Assembly: GCA_963681965.1 (NCBI GenBank)
Contig: OY820579.1
Location: 1,671,379 to 1,735,378, forward strand
Origin: a bacterium
GTDB taxonomy: Bacteria > Electryoneota > JAOADG01
Length of the DNA stretch: 64,000 nucleotides
Direction of reading: 5' to 3'
Positions 17,766 through 27,186 of the stretch are shown piece by piece; within the stretch, counting starts at the first letter, position 1; each line of letters opens with the position of its first letter. The notes beneath the pieces were generated by a model. The model was not told the DNA's origin, did no database searches, and saw only the letters and a program-made list of their open reading frames with translations. A program made the position numbers and the translations under genes.

Positions 17766-18060
17766 ACAAGATACATGATACAGGCGGAGATTGCTTTGTC
17801 TCTACGCTTCGGAAGTGTTTCGCACGTTCCTTCGCTTCGTTCCTCGCAAAGACATAATCAAGACGTAAGATACAGGATACAAGATGCGAGTTACCTGATG
17901 GTAGGGGCGGTTCGCGAACCGCTCGTGTCCAGTCAAGATACACAAAATGAAAAAGATAGATTGCTTCGTCACTACGCTTCGGAAGTGCTTCGCACGTTCC
18001 TTCGCTGCGTTCCTCGCAACGACGGATCAGGACACAAGACACAGGATATAAGATACCCAA
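17766..18060. repeat. Two tandem, diverged copies of a ~167-bp noncoding unit, with GATACA-type short direct repeats and a perfect 16-bp palindrome between the copies
   Basis: Unit 1 spans 17766-17932 and unit 2 spans 17933-~18060. A ~105-bp core (AGATTGCTT.GTC.CTACGCTTCGGAAGTG.TTCGCACGTTCCTTCGCT.CGTTCCTCGCAA.GAC...) is ~88% identical between copies. There are repeated AAGATACA / GGATACAAGAT motifs and the palindrome GCGGTTCGCGAACCGC (17900-17915). No plausible ORF. Confidence 0.6.
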
Positions 18061-18231
18061 CGCAGGCTCGGAGGCCTGCGCCACCACAAAAAATCAGAAA
18101 AATGGGAGTTTGCAGAGAGGCTCCCCTACTTCTGATGCGATTACTTTTGATAATCATAGTAAGTTCGGTTTGTCACTACTTGGTGGATTCCCGTATCTTA
18201 GGATAATTTCGATACAAATGGAATTTTTTTT

Positions 18232-19692
18232 ATGACCGAACCGACCACGAAATCCACTGTACCTGATGACATTTCACCCGCAAAAAAACGTCTGCTGGAA
18301 TTGGGCAAGCAGGTAAAGCAATGGGTTGCCGAAGATCGACACGAAGAAATCCTCGCGGCACACGATGAGCTGATCGCACTCACCGAAGAAGTCGGTGATG
18401 AACATCTGACCACTTTTGTACTATACACCTACAGCTTTTACTATTGGCGGGTAGGTCGATTCGACGATGCCTTTCGCTATCTTCAAAAATCACTGGCGAT
18501 CGTTCGTCGTTCCGGTTCGCCACGACAAATTGGCGCACTGCTCAATAATATCGGGAATATTTTCCGGGTGCGGGGCTATCCCACCGAAGCGCGAGAAAAC
18601 TACGATCAAGCACTGACGGAGTTCCGCGCGATCGACGATAAGGAAGGGATTGCCAATTCACTGGGAAATATCGCCGTAATGTATATCGAATCCCGTCGTC
18701 ATGCCGAAGCAGAACCGTACTTGCTCGAAGCAATTCAAATCTTCCACGATCTGGGCGATCAAAAATCCGAAGCCAATTTTCTCGGCGACTATGCCAAAGT
18801 CCAATTTGTACTCAATCAACCGGAACAATCGATTGCCACCGCCGAACGCGCAGTCGCATTAGCCGAAGCAATCCCCGATAATCATACCCTCGGTACAGTA
18901 CTGAATTCACTCGGGTTAAGCCTTATCGCCGCGAAGCGTTTCGATGAAGCGTTTTCAGCATTGCAACGTGCACTCGAGGCGAATCGTATTGCTCACAATC
19001 AACGGTTCGAAGGGGTGACACTTTCGAATTTAGGATTTGCGGCATCGGAAATGGGAAATTTCGACCGAGCCATCGAATATTTCAATGATGCAGTTGAAAT
19101 CCACCGGCGCATTTCCGATGTGAAGGGGACAACACTGGCGCGGTGGAGTATCATTAACGTTTATTTCAATCAACACAATTGGGAAAAGTGCAACCAGTTG
19201 ATTGCTGATATCGCAGACGATATCCGTGATTTGAATAATTCCGATCTCGAAATCATCGCATTTCTAAAGAAGGCGGAAGTACATCGCCGGCTCGGTGATT
19301 TTGTGGAGGCATTCGCGACTGCGGAACTGGTGGAAGGGTTCAGCCAAGCGCATTTTCCCGAATTGAAGGGTCTGACTCAAAGCTATTTTGCCTTGATCGA
19401 ACTGGATCAGAATCGTATCGAACAAGCTGCCACTTGGTTACTGCAGGCAAAATCATTAACCGATCAGAACAGCACCGAAGCGATCACGATGTATTGGTTG
19501 GTTCAGACTCGCTTCTTGATCGATTCAAGTAGTATGAACCGAATCGACGAGCAACTTTCCAACATTAAACAGGCATATCGTCAGAGTATAATTTCCGATG
19601 ACATCACAACAGGAGTACTGGAATCAGTACTGAAAGTGATTCGAGAGGATGTGATCGAAAGAATAAATCCGCTGAAGATAGAGCTCTCCTAA
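18232..19692 (+). CDS. Tetratricopeptide-repeat (TPR) protein, possible regulator
   Basis: 486 aa with repeated TPR-like helices (ALLNNIGNIF..GY..EA, ANSLGNIAVMY, VTLSNLGFAASEMGNF..AIEYF). Confidence 0.7.
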   Translation: MTEPTTKSTVPDDISPAKKRLLELGKQVKQWVAEDRHEEILAAHDELIALTEEVGDEHLTTFVLYTYSFYYWRVGRFDDAFRYLQKSLAIVRRSGSPRQIGALLNNIGNIFRVRGYPTEARENYDQALTEFRAIDDKEGIANSLGNIAVMYIESRRHAEAEPYLLEAIQIFHDLGDQKSEANFLGDYAKVQFVLNQPEQSIATAERAVALAEAIPDNHTLGTVLNSLGLSLIAAKRFDEAFSALQRALEANRIAHNQRFEGVTLSNLGFAASEMGNFDRAIEYFNDAVEIHRRISDVKGTTLARWSIINVYFNQHNWEKCNQLIADIADDIRDLNNSDLEIIAFLKKAEVHRRLGDFVEAFATAELVEGFSQAHFPELKGLTQSYFALIELDQNRIEQAATWLLQAKSLTDQNSTEAITMYWLVQTRFLIDSSSMNRIDEQLSNIKQAYRQSIISDDITTGVLESVLKVIREDVIERINPLKIELS

Positions 19693-19721
19693 CCGAAGCA
19701 CCTCAAAGAAATATCTTACGC

Positions 19722-20243
19722 TTAAAACCAAGTGGTTTTACGATACTCGCGGTATTCGGGTATACGTGCGATCAGCATTTTTTCTTCCAGTGCTCGCCAG
19801 AATAAGACATTGAATATTCCGAGTAATCCGAGTAGTTGTGCTGTACACCCTTGTTTGAATAGGGGAAAGCCGATCAGCCAGCAGATAAACGCCACGTACA
19901 TGGGATGGCGAAGTACCCGGTACAGACCGTTTTTTACCAATGGTGCCGTATCGCTTTCGAAAAACCGGAGCTGGATCAGCGCTGTAAGAAAGAGGATGAT
20001 ACCGGCAAGACTAATACCCAGTCCACTATACCGCACGATGTCCGGAAAATTGTAGTGGCATGAATCACTGTCGCAGAGTCCGAACCACGACAACCAGAGC
20101 ACCATCATATTGGCAAACAACAACCAGAAAACTGGGCGTGAAGTTTTGATTTTGCCGCGATATTTAAGAAAATCGTAAAGCGATCGAATCGCGAGAGTTA
20201 ACAAGAAAATTGTGGCAAGAAGGTAGAAGCTAGGCATATACAT
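19722..20243 (-). CDS. Isoprenylcysteine carboxyl methyltransferase / phospholipid methyltransferase family membrane protein
   Basis: Multi-TM protein with the family signature GLYRVLRHPMY followed by an EE motif. Confidence 0.7.
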   Translation of the reverse strand: MYMPSFYLLATIFLLTLAIRSLYDFLKYRGKIKTSRPVFWLLFANMMVLWLSWFGLCDSDSCHYNFPDIVRYSGLGISLAGIILFLTALIQLRFFESDTAPLVKNGLYRVLRHPMYVAFICWLIGFPLFKQGCTAQLLGLLGIFNVLFWRALEEKMLIARIPEYREYRKTTWF

Positions 20244-20653
20244 GCTCCTGTAGAATTAATTGAAATTTAACAAGAATTTTGAGTAATGAAAAGAATATTC
20301 GAATAATTTAATTTCAAGATACTTATCTCCAGTTGTATAAATGCGTTAGTAAATATCAGATTGCTGCACTTGAGTGATTACAAGAATTGTATTATGAATG
20401 CACGAACAGCATTTATGAATTTCATACCGAATTTGGCAATAGCGAGACACGATTGGAACGTTGTGAGTGGGTGTACCGGAACTATTCAGGTGTTTAAAAC
20501 GTAGAAATACCGCAAGTAGATAAGACAGAATTCAGTAAAATGTTGTTTTGAATAGATATAATTAGCCAGTATTGAGATATTTTTAATAAATTATTCGGAA
20601 CAGTTCACTATTGCGTGCCTCTTGTACATTGAGTATTTTTTACGATTATTCGC

Positions 20654-21925
20654 GTGCATCAACTGCCCCGGTTCCAGAATGTGGAACTGTTAATTTGGTG
20701 CGAATCCCAGATAGGAGGGTACTTGGAAGGCAATATCACTTGGATTGATCGACTTGAGACATTGTCGCGGTACCGCCGTTTTTTATTACGTTGGTTGCTG
20801 TTTTGGATTGTTGCCGGTGTAGTCGCCGCCTTCGTTTGGCCACCTCGCTATCGTGCCGAAGCGAGTTTTTTACCACCGACTGAGGATAATAGTGGACTTC
20901 TCGGCGCACTTGGACCACAATTTAAAATCAGCAACTCATCCGATATCGAGGGTGGCGGTTTCTTTGCCGTTCTTCATTCCCATCGGCTGCGCGATTCGCT
21001 TGATCTTCGATACGATTTTCGAAAACGTTACAGCGAGACCAAATTGGATAAAGCCTATGCCAGTTTCGACGACCACATCGAATTTGCCACAGAATCCGAA
21101 GAAGGTATCGGCTTAGCCCGCATTCATGCCTACTATATCCGCGTCAATGATAAGAAACCGGAAGATGCGGCAGCAATTGCTAATTCGATAATCCATTTTT
21201 CGGATCGTATTGTCTCGGAATTGACTTCTCAACGTCAACGTTTGACACGCGAATTTTTGGAAACCCGCGTCTCGGCATCGAAAGAATCGTTGCGCATCGC
21301 CGAAGATTCGCTTCGATCATTTTCACAGCGAACCGGTATCATTGCACCCGATGTTCAAATCGAGGCAACGATTAAAGCGTTGGCTTCGTTTAAAGAACAG
21401 ATTGCTGCTACCGACGTTCAACTCCACGTGATTCGCACTACCATGGGCAATTCCCATCCTTCGGTTCGCGAAATCGAAGAACGTCGGAAAGAATTGGAAA
21501 AACTCCGCGACGAGCTATCCGGTAAGCTTGATCAAACAGCTCCGACAGACATGATCGGTCTTCGACAATCTCCGGACCTAGCGTTGACTTATTCTCGGCT
21601 ATATCGAAAAGTTCGAACCGAAGAAACCCTGTTCGCTTTTTTAGCGACTCAGCTGGAACAAGCCCGTATCGGTGAATTACGTAATGCACCGGTTTTGCGT
21701 GTGCTAGATTATGCCAAAGCACCCGAATCCAGAAAGTGGCCGATACGATCGGTTGTGGTGATATTGGGATTGATCCTGGGTTTAATTAGCGGTTTACTAT
21801 GGGTTGGCTGGGTGGAATGGCTGAAAGCAATCCAGAATTCCGAGTTTGAGCATAAGTTCAAGTCATTGCTTACCCAATACTCACCAAAAACACTTTGGCA
21901 CATTCTCATTGGCAAAGAAGAATGA
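20654..21925 (+). CDS. Polysaccharide chain-length determinant (Wzz/PCP family)
   Basis: N-terminal TM segment, a long periplasmic coiled-coil region, and a C-terminal TM segment (VVVILGLILGLISGLLWVGWV) after a proline-rich tract. Start uncertain (GTG at 20654 or downstream). Confidence 0.7.
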   Translation: MHQLPRFQNVELLIWCESQIGGYLEGNITWIDRLETLSRYRRFLLRWLLFWIVAGVVAAFVWPPRYRAEASFLPPTEDNSGLLGALGPQFKISNSSDIEGGGFFAVLHSHRLRDSLDLRYDFRKRYSETKLDKAYASFDDHIEFATESEEGIGLARIHAYYIRVNDKKPEDAAAIANSIIHFSDRIVSELTSQRQRLTREFLETRVSASKESLRIAEDSLRSFSQRTGIIAPDVQIEATIKALASFKEQIAATDVQLHVIRTTMGNSHPSVREIEERRKELEKLRDELSGKLDQTAPTDMIGLRQSPDLALTYSRLYRKVRTEETLFAFLATQLEQARIGELRNAPVLRVLDYAKAPESRKWPIRSVVVILGLILGLISGLLWVGWVEWLKAIQNSEFEHKFKSLLTQYSPKTLWHILIGKEE

Positions 21926-23709
21926 GCGACGTAGTGTCGACCCAGTCTTCTGCTCCTAATACCATACCGGGATTTCCGCTGTTTGTCAGCACCGCGATGG
22001 TTGTAGGGTTGGGTTTGTCATATTTTGTTTTGCAATTACCACACAGCCGCTGGGTGATGTTATCATCACTGGTTGTCGGTGGAATAATTGCGCTATTCAA
22101 ATTGGAATTTCCCGCTTTTTTCTTTCCAAGTCATACCAATTGGCCGATCCTTTTTTTGATTCCCTTTTGTGGTTTAATCGCCGGGTTCGGATATGGATAC
22201 ACCGGTTTGCCCGGTGGTATTTTTGTTCAAATTGCCCTCGTCTTAGGGTCATTCGGATTGTCCATTCTTCTCAATACGAATCTTTTTGTCTCGAGTAGAA
22301 ACGGTGAACGATCGCTGTTATGGCGACTTATGCCACTCAGTTCGATTTGTTTCGGCGGAATCCTGCTCGTCGCATCCATGATCATGGGGAGAAATCGTTT
22401 TCTTCTTTACGGCAGTGTCGCTACAATATTAATCTACCCAATCTTGTATATTGTTTTACGTTTGAAACATTACCCCATTTTAGCATTATCGTCAATGCTT
22501 TTGGGCATGTGGCCGTTGTTATTCCGAATTAATATTATGTATTGGATTACAATAGGTTTGGGATTCGCGTTGATAGTTTTGGCGTTCTTCAGAACGGCAA
22601 AAGACAATCTCCCGTCAGTTTTTCCTGCCACAGCGATCTATGTAACCGGTTTCATCTATATTATTTGGTTGATATTGTCGTTGATGATTTCCCCAATCGC
22701 AACTTCCGGTTCATCGGTGAAGGTTGTTTTTTGCATAAGTCAACTAGTCTTTCTCTTCGGAATGCTGCAAAATATGCGATCGAAAGAAGATCTCTATTCA
22801 GTCGTTCTCGGTTATCTAATTGGCGCGTCGATCGTCATCGGTTTTTTAATTTTCAATACTTGGCAGCAGATTACTCACTTCAATCCGATCGTATTTTTGT
22901 TTAGCGGAATCCGAATTACAGTCATCGATCAAAATCCCAATGCCGCCATTCCTCCAGCTCTCACAACCCTCTTATTCGCTTTTGCATTTTTTATAAACAA
23001 ACGCGGTCTCATTCAATACGCTGCTCTTTTCGTCGTATCAATATGTTTATTTCTGTTGTTTCTTTCCGGGTCCCGTTCCTCGCAAATTGCATTTTTAGTT
23101 GTCGGCGTTTTATTTACTGCGCGCGAACCAAAGTGGCGAAAATTCACTTTTGGTGGTCTCGCCGTATTGGTGGTATTAATCACAGCAGCTTATATCATCA
23201 ATCCCGAAGTCACCAAAATCTTAACCCGTGCGCGCAATATGGACAGCGGTCGGCTTGAGTTGTGGCGAGGGGTATGGGAAATGATTCAACGGCGCCCGCT
23301 TTTTGGATTTGGTCCCGACGCCGGTCGAGTATGTCTTCCGCAATACATCAACGAGTTTACTACTACCTATTTAACTGGTTTAGGTGGAAGAGCGCACAAT
23401 ATATTTTTTAGCGAGATAATCGAGAGTGGTTTTGTCGGTTTTCTCTTATTATCGACTATCTACTTCTTTATGTGGCGTTGGTTGAAACGGATTCCCAATC
23501 GTGAATCATCACCATGGAAATTTGCCGCGATGAGCATTTTTATCGCTTACACGTTTCGCGGACTCTTTCAATCGGACGGAATATTATTTATTCACAGTGT
23601 TCTAGGTGAATGCTATCCGCCACTGTTGGCATTAATTGTTGCAACTGGGGATGTACTTCCCGACACAACAGACAAATCCACATTTTTCCTTGAAAAGGAA
23701 TTAAATTGA
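21922..23709 (+). CDS. O-antigen polymerase/ligase family (Wzy_C-like) polytopic membrane protein
   Basis: At least 10 TM helices with a large loop carrying GSRSSQIAF. Located between a Wzz gene and a flippase gene. Confidence 0.65.
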   Translation: MSDVVSTQSSAPNTIPGFPLFVSTAMVVGLGLSYFVLQLPHSRWVMLSSLVVGGIIALFKLEFPAFFFPSHTNWPILFLIPFCGLIAGFGYGYTGLPGGIFVQIALVLGSFGLSILLNTNLFVSSRNGERSLLWRLMPLSSICFGGILLVASMIMGRNRFLLYGSVATILIYPILYIVLRLKHYPILALSSMLLGMWPLLFRINIMYWITIGLGFALIVLAFFRTAKDNLPSVFPATAIYVTGFIYIIWLILSLMISPIATSGSSVKVVFCISQLVFLFGMLQNMRSKEDLYSVVLGYLIGASIVIGFLIFNTWQQITHFNPIVFLFSGIRITVIDQNPNAAIPPALTTLLFAFAFFINKRGLIQYAALFVVSICLFLLFLSGSRSSQIAFLVVGVLFTAREPKWRKFTFGGLAVLVVLITAAYIINPEVTKILTRARNMDSGRLELWRGVWEMIQRRPLFGFGPDAGRVCLPQYINEFTTTYLTGLGGRAHNIFFSEIIESGFVGFLLLSTIYFFMWRWLKRIPNRESSPWKFAAMSIFIAYTFRGLFQSDGILFIHSVLGECYPPLLALIVATGDVLPDTTDKSTFFLEKELN

Positions 23710-23840
23710 TCTGTTGATATCTCTTATCTCATCATTATCATTCCCAGTCTGTGGGTAATCATGGGTAAGCAACACATTCGACTCAAAGAAAATCTCGTCG
23801 CGACCTACATCCAAAAGGGTCACCACCGAGGTTTCTATAA

Positions 23841-24206
23841 GTTGTCACGATTATTACGAGGACTACTGGGTGTGCCCACAATATCTTCTTTACTGAAGCT
23901 GTCGAAACCGGATTGATCGGAGCTTTTCTCTTGATTTTCGCGCATTTCGAAGCGTGGCGTTGGATGCGTAAGCTTCCTAGTAAATGTGGGTCATATCTTC
24001 GACTGGCAGGTCTTTCTATCTTCACAGTTGTTGCAATTCGAGGAATTTTCGAATCGGTTGGAGCACTATATATCCACGGTTTTATTGGCGATTGCTACCC
24101 GACCATTCTTGCAATGACGATTTCATTCGGAGGAATTTTATTTTCCAATACCGATGAATCATCGAAATCGAATATCAATCTGAATGAACTCATTCAAGCT
24201 GAGTGA
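23841..24206 (+). pseudogene. Duplicated 3' fragment of a wzy-like gene (C-terminal ~120 aa only)
   Basis: Translation RTTGCAHNIFFTEAVETGLIGAFLLIFAHFEAWRWMRKLP...GDCYPTILAM parallels the Wzy C-terminus GRAHNIFFSEIIESGFVGFLLLSTIYFFMWRWLKRIP...GECYPPLLAL. No N-terminal part. Confidence 0.6.
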
Positions 24207-24269
24207 TTACGATTCGGTATGGTCTGTTATCGACGATTCGAGTTTTCAACCATTATTATAGTGTAATCC

Positions 24270-25874
24270 ATGAGTAACTCAGAAACCGAAAAATTGAAAC
24301 CACGCAAATCGATACTTCACGTAACCGGTCTACTCATGGTTACCCGTGGCGCTAGCTCGGCACTGGGTATGGTTCGAGAAATCACGATTGCGGCAATCTT
24401 CGGTGCATCCCGCATTGTCGATGCATTCGCTGTCGCAAGTGTATTCCACAATCAGATATTCTCGACTCTTAGTAACGTCCTCGCCAGTACATTGATCCCT
24501 CACTATGTGTCGGTAAAAGCCGAACAAGGCGAATTTGCCGCCAAGCAGATGGTTCGCGCGATCACAATGCAATTAATCGCGATAATGACACTAATATCGT
24601 TGTTGGGATTTATTTTCGCAGCTCAATTGGTTCAATGGTTTGCCCCGACATTTACACCTGCCGAAACCGAATTGACAATCCGTTTTTTAAGGATTTTAAT
24701 TCCAAGTATCATCGGTGCATCGCTGTTTCTAGTACTACAAAATGTATATCAGATTCACGATCAGTGGGTGCGTCCCGCGATTGGTCCATTGATTGTCAAT
24801 ATCATCTCAATTTCCGTTATCGCGGGTGGCTATTTGTGGATCGGTTCGGATGTTTTGGCATGGAGTTGGTTATTATCGATGGTCATTCTTCCCATAATCC
24901 TGATCTCGGGTCGGGTTGGGCGAGGATATTTGGGAACACACTTCTTCGATCGAAATACTATTTCATTATATCGCGTTTCAACGCCGATTCTAATCGAAGG
25001 AGTATTTGTAATGGTGACACAAATCGTTGTTCGATATCTCGGATCGAGTATGCCGAATGGCGAGCTATCATCGATGGTTTATGCGCAACGAGTCTATGCG
25101 ATGTCGGCTGAGTTGGTCGTGGCAACCTTTATTCCGGCGCTGTTACCCCGATTAGCAGAGTCATCAGTGCATGCGTCTAGGGAAGAATATTCATTATTGC
25201 TCGAACGTGCCTTGTTGGGAATTACTTTACTTGCAATCGGCGGTGCGGCTATTCTGGCGGGAACTTCACTGTCTTTAGTCGAAGTGATTTTTGAGCATGG
25301 TGCATTTACGCCGGTAGATTCGGCACGGGTCGCGAGTTTGCTGTCGATTTTTGCCGGAGCATTATTGGTATATTTGCCCTTGTATCTGGTGTATCGAGCA
25401 TATTTTGTTGTCAAAAACAGTATTGTGCCGGCGTTGGGAATGTTCCTTGCGGTTTGTCTATTCGTGTTGATTAGTTTTCTTTTAATCGAACCTATGGGTA
25501 TACGCGCACTGGCAGTGGCAACGACAGCTAGCTTAATACTCCAATTCGGATTTTTAGTAGCTGTAGCAAAACGATACGGTGTTTATCTCCCAGGCAAGAA
25601 GCTTTATGGATTGCTGCTTCGAGGTTTGATGGTAGGGATAGTACTTGCGATACTTTTAAATCGAATTGACCTTCTGTTACGATCAATGTGGGAATTTCAG
25701 GCAATTTGGTTACGATTAATTAAACTATTTGGATTGATTTCCTTGGGTATCGGTCTATTTGCCCTGATGTCAAAACTAATTAGATTGCCGGGGTACGACT
25801 TATTGATGGAATATGTAAAAGTGATGTGGCAGAAGATTCGTAAGTTAAATTATACCAACTCAGATCTGAAGTAA
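24270..25874 (+). CDS. MurJ/MviN-family (MOP superfamily) flippase
   Basis: The N-terminal pattern GMVREITIAAIFGASRIVDAFAVASVFHNQIFSTL matches the MurJ consensus (GfvRd..iAa.fGa....DAF.vAf..pn). 534 aa, multi-TM. Confidence 0.75.
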   Translation: MSNSETEKLKPRKSILHVTGLLMVTRGASSALGMVREITIAAIFGASRIVDAFAVASVFHNQIFSTLSNVLASTLIPHYVSVKAEQGEFAAKQMVRAITMQLIAIMTLISLLGFIFAAQLVQWFAPTFTPAETELTIRFLRILIPSIIGASLFLVLQNVYQIHDQWVRPAIGPLIVNIISISVIAGGYLWIGSDVLAWSWLLSMVILPIILISGRVGRGYLGTHFFDRNTISLYRVSTPILIEGVFVMVTQIVVRYLGSSMPNGELSSMVYAQRVYAMSAELVVATFIPALLPRLAESSVHASREEYSLLLERALLGITLLAIGGAAILAGTSLSLVEVIFEHGAFTPVDSARVASLLSIFAGALLVYLPLYLVYRAYFVVKNSIVPALGMFLAVCLFVLISFLLIEPMGIRALAVATTASLILQFGFLVAVAKRYGVYLPGKKLYGLLLRGLMVGIVLAILLNRIDLLLRSMWEFQAIWLRLIKLFGLISLGIGLFALMSKLIRLPGYDLLMEYVKVMWQKIRKLNYTNSDLK

Positions 25875-25915
25875 TCGTATTGACTGCATAATTGAATGAA
25901 ATCGGTTAAAATAGA

Positions 25916-27097
25916 ATGAACATTTTTCTTATCGACCAACATCGACAATTTGCACCGACGTTCGCACCGGGATTTTATTCTGCGCTCTCGAAACAAGCTC
26001 GCGTGTTGATGGTATTTCAAGAAAAGTGGTTGAGTCGATCCCCGGAAAACGAACATCCGAAAGAGATTGCACCCAATTTCTGGGTTGTGAATCGGCGGGT
26101 GCTTGCACCGTATCGTGGCATCTTAATGTCGGATCGAGTTGCTCAGCTCGATACTTTTTTACTTGACCAGCAGCTTGCGCGTTATTCACGCGAACTAGGG
26201 TGGTCTCCCGATATCGTCGAGTTTACCAGTCCTCATTTCCGGATGCATCTGAAATGCAAGACCGGTCGAAAAAGAGTTTTCTGGTTGGTCGATCATTATT
26301 CGCAGGTCCGGGAACTGGATCCATTTAGTGCCGGGTTGACGGTGAATGCCGAACGAATGGCAGCACAACATGCTGACCTGACATTAACCACAGCTACAGA
26401 ATTGTTGAAGCGCTTTTCTCCGCTTGCTAAGCAAATTCGGTTCATGCCGAATGCTGCCGACCGGAATCTCTATCAACCACTTTGGATGCGACCGGTTCCG
26501 GAACCTGAGCTATTAAATAAAATCAAGCGACCCATACTTGGATTTGCAGGCAACATCAATCCGGGTTGCGATTGGAAAATGCTTGGTGTTTTTGCCAAAC
26601 ATTATCCTCAATACTCGATTGCATTACTAGGTGCGATGAATGGTCCAGCAGAATTTTATCAGAGTGGAACTTTCGCGGAAACCCTTCGTTTACCGAATGT
26701 GCATTACCTCGGACAAGTTCCGCAGGAAGAGTTGCCGGCTTACGTAGCCCATTTCGATGCGGGTATTCTGTTCGATTCGTTTTCCGACTTTTCCAAGACA
26801 CGGAATCACAATAAAGTATACCAGAATTTGTTATCGGGTATTCCGATTACCGGTGCCAATACACAACCAGATTACCAACCCTTTGCCGAGTTGCTATATT
26901 TGTTCGACGATCCTCGCGATTGGCCCAAACAGTGCGAGGCTGCGCTGGCAGCGCGCGACGAAACTCATTCCCGTCGGCGCAGAGCTTACGGTGAAAAGCT
27001 CGATTGGGATGCGAATATCAGGTTCCGGTTGAAAATTTACGAAGCATTGTTGGAAGAGCGGGAAATACCCGTGTTTGAGTTTCCACCGCTGGATTGA
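25916..27097 (+). CDS. Glycosyltransferase (GT-B fold, GT4-like)
   Basis: C-terminal GT1/GT4-like region (ILGFAGNINP...VHYLGQVPQEELPAYVAHFDAGIL...LSGIPITGAN). It lies in a polysaccharide locus. Confidence 0.6.
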   Translation: MNIFLIDQHRQFAPTFAPGFYSALSKQARVLMVFQEKWLSRSPENEHPKEIAPNFWVVNRRVLAPYRGILMSDRVAQLDTFLLDQQLARYSRELGWSPDIVEFTSPHFRMHLKCKTGRKRVFWLVDHYSQVRELDPFSAGLTVNAERMAAQHADLTLTTATELLKRFSPLAKQIRFMPNAADRNLYQPLWMRPVPEPELLNKIKRPILGFAGNINPGCDWKMLGVFAKHYPQYSIALLGAMNGPAEFYQSGTFAETLRLPNVHYLGQVPQEELPAYVAHFDAGILFDSFSDFSKTRNHNKVYQNLLSGIPITGANTQPDYQPFAELLYLFDDPRDWPKQCEAALAARDETHSRRRRAYGEKLDWDANIRFRLKIYEALLEEREIPVFEFPPLD

Positions 27098-27186
27098 TAG
27101 CGTCTCAAAGATCTTTCGACTGTATATTACCTATATCGTATTGTTATAGCAGATTGTCGATAATTGCCGAATAAGGAGGTTCCATT

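Noticed and set aside
17766-18060. CRISPR array interpretation of the tandem repeats
   Set aside because: There are only two copies, ~105-167 bp long and diverged (~88% identity). There are no short, regular, unique spacers and no cas genes nearby.
17990-18110. GCAGGCTCGGAGGCCTGC hairpin as a terminator
   Set aside because: It is followed by an A-run on the plus strand and preceded (not followed) by a T-run on the minus strand. The geometry is wrong for intrinsic termination on either strand.
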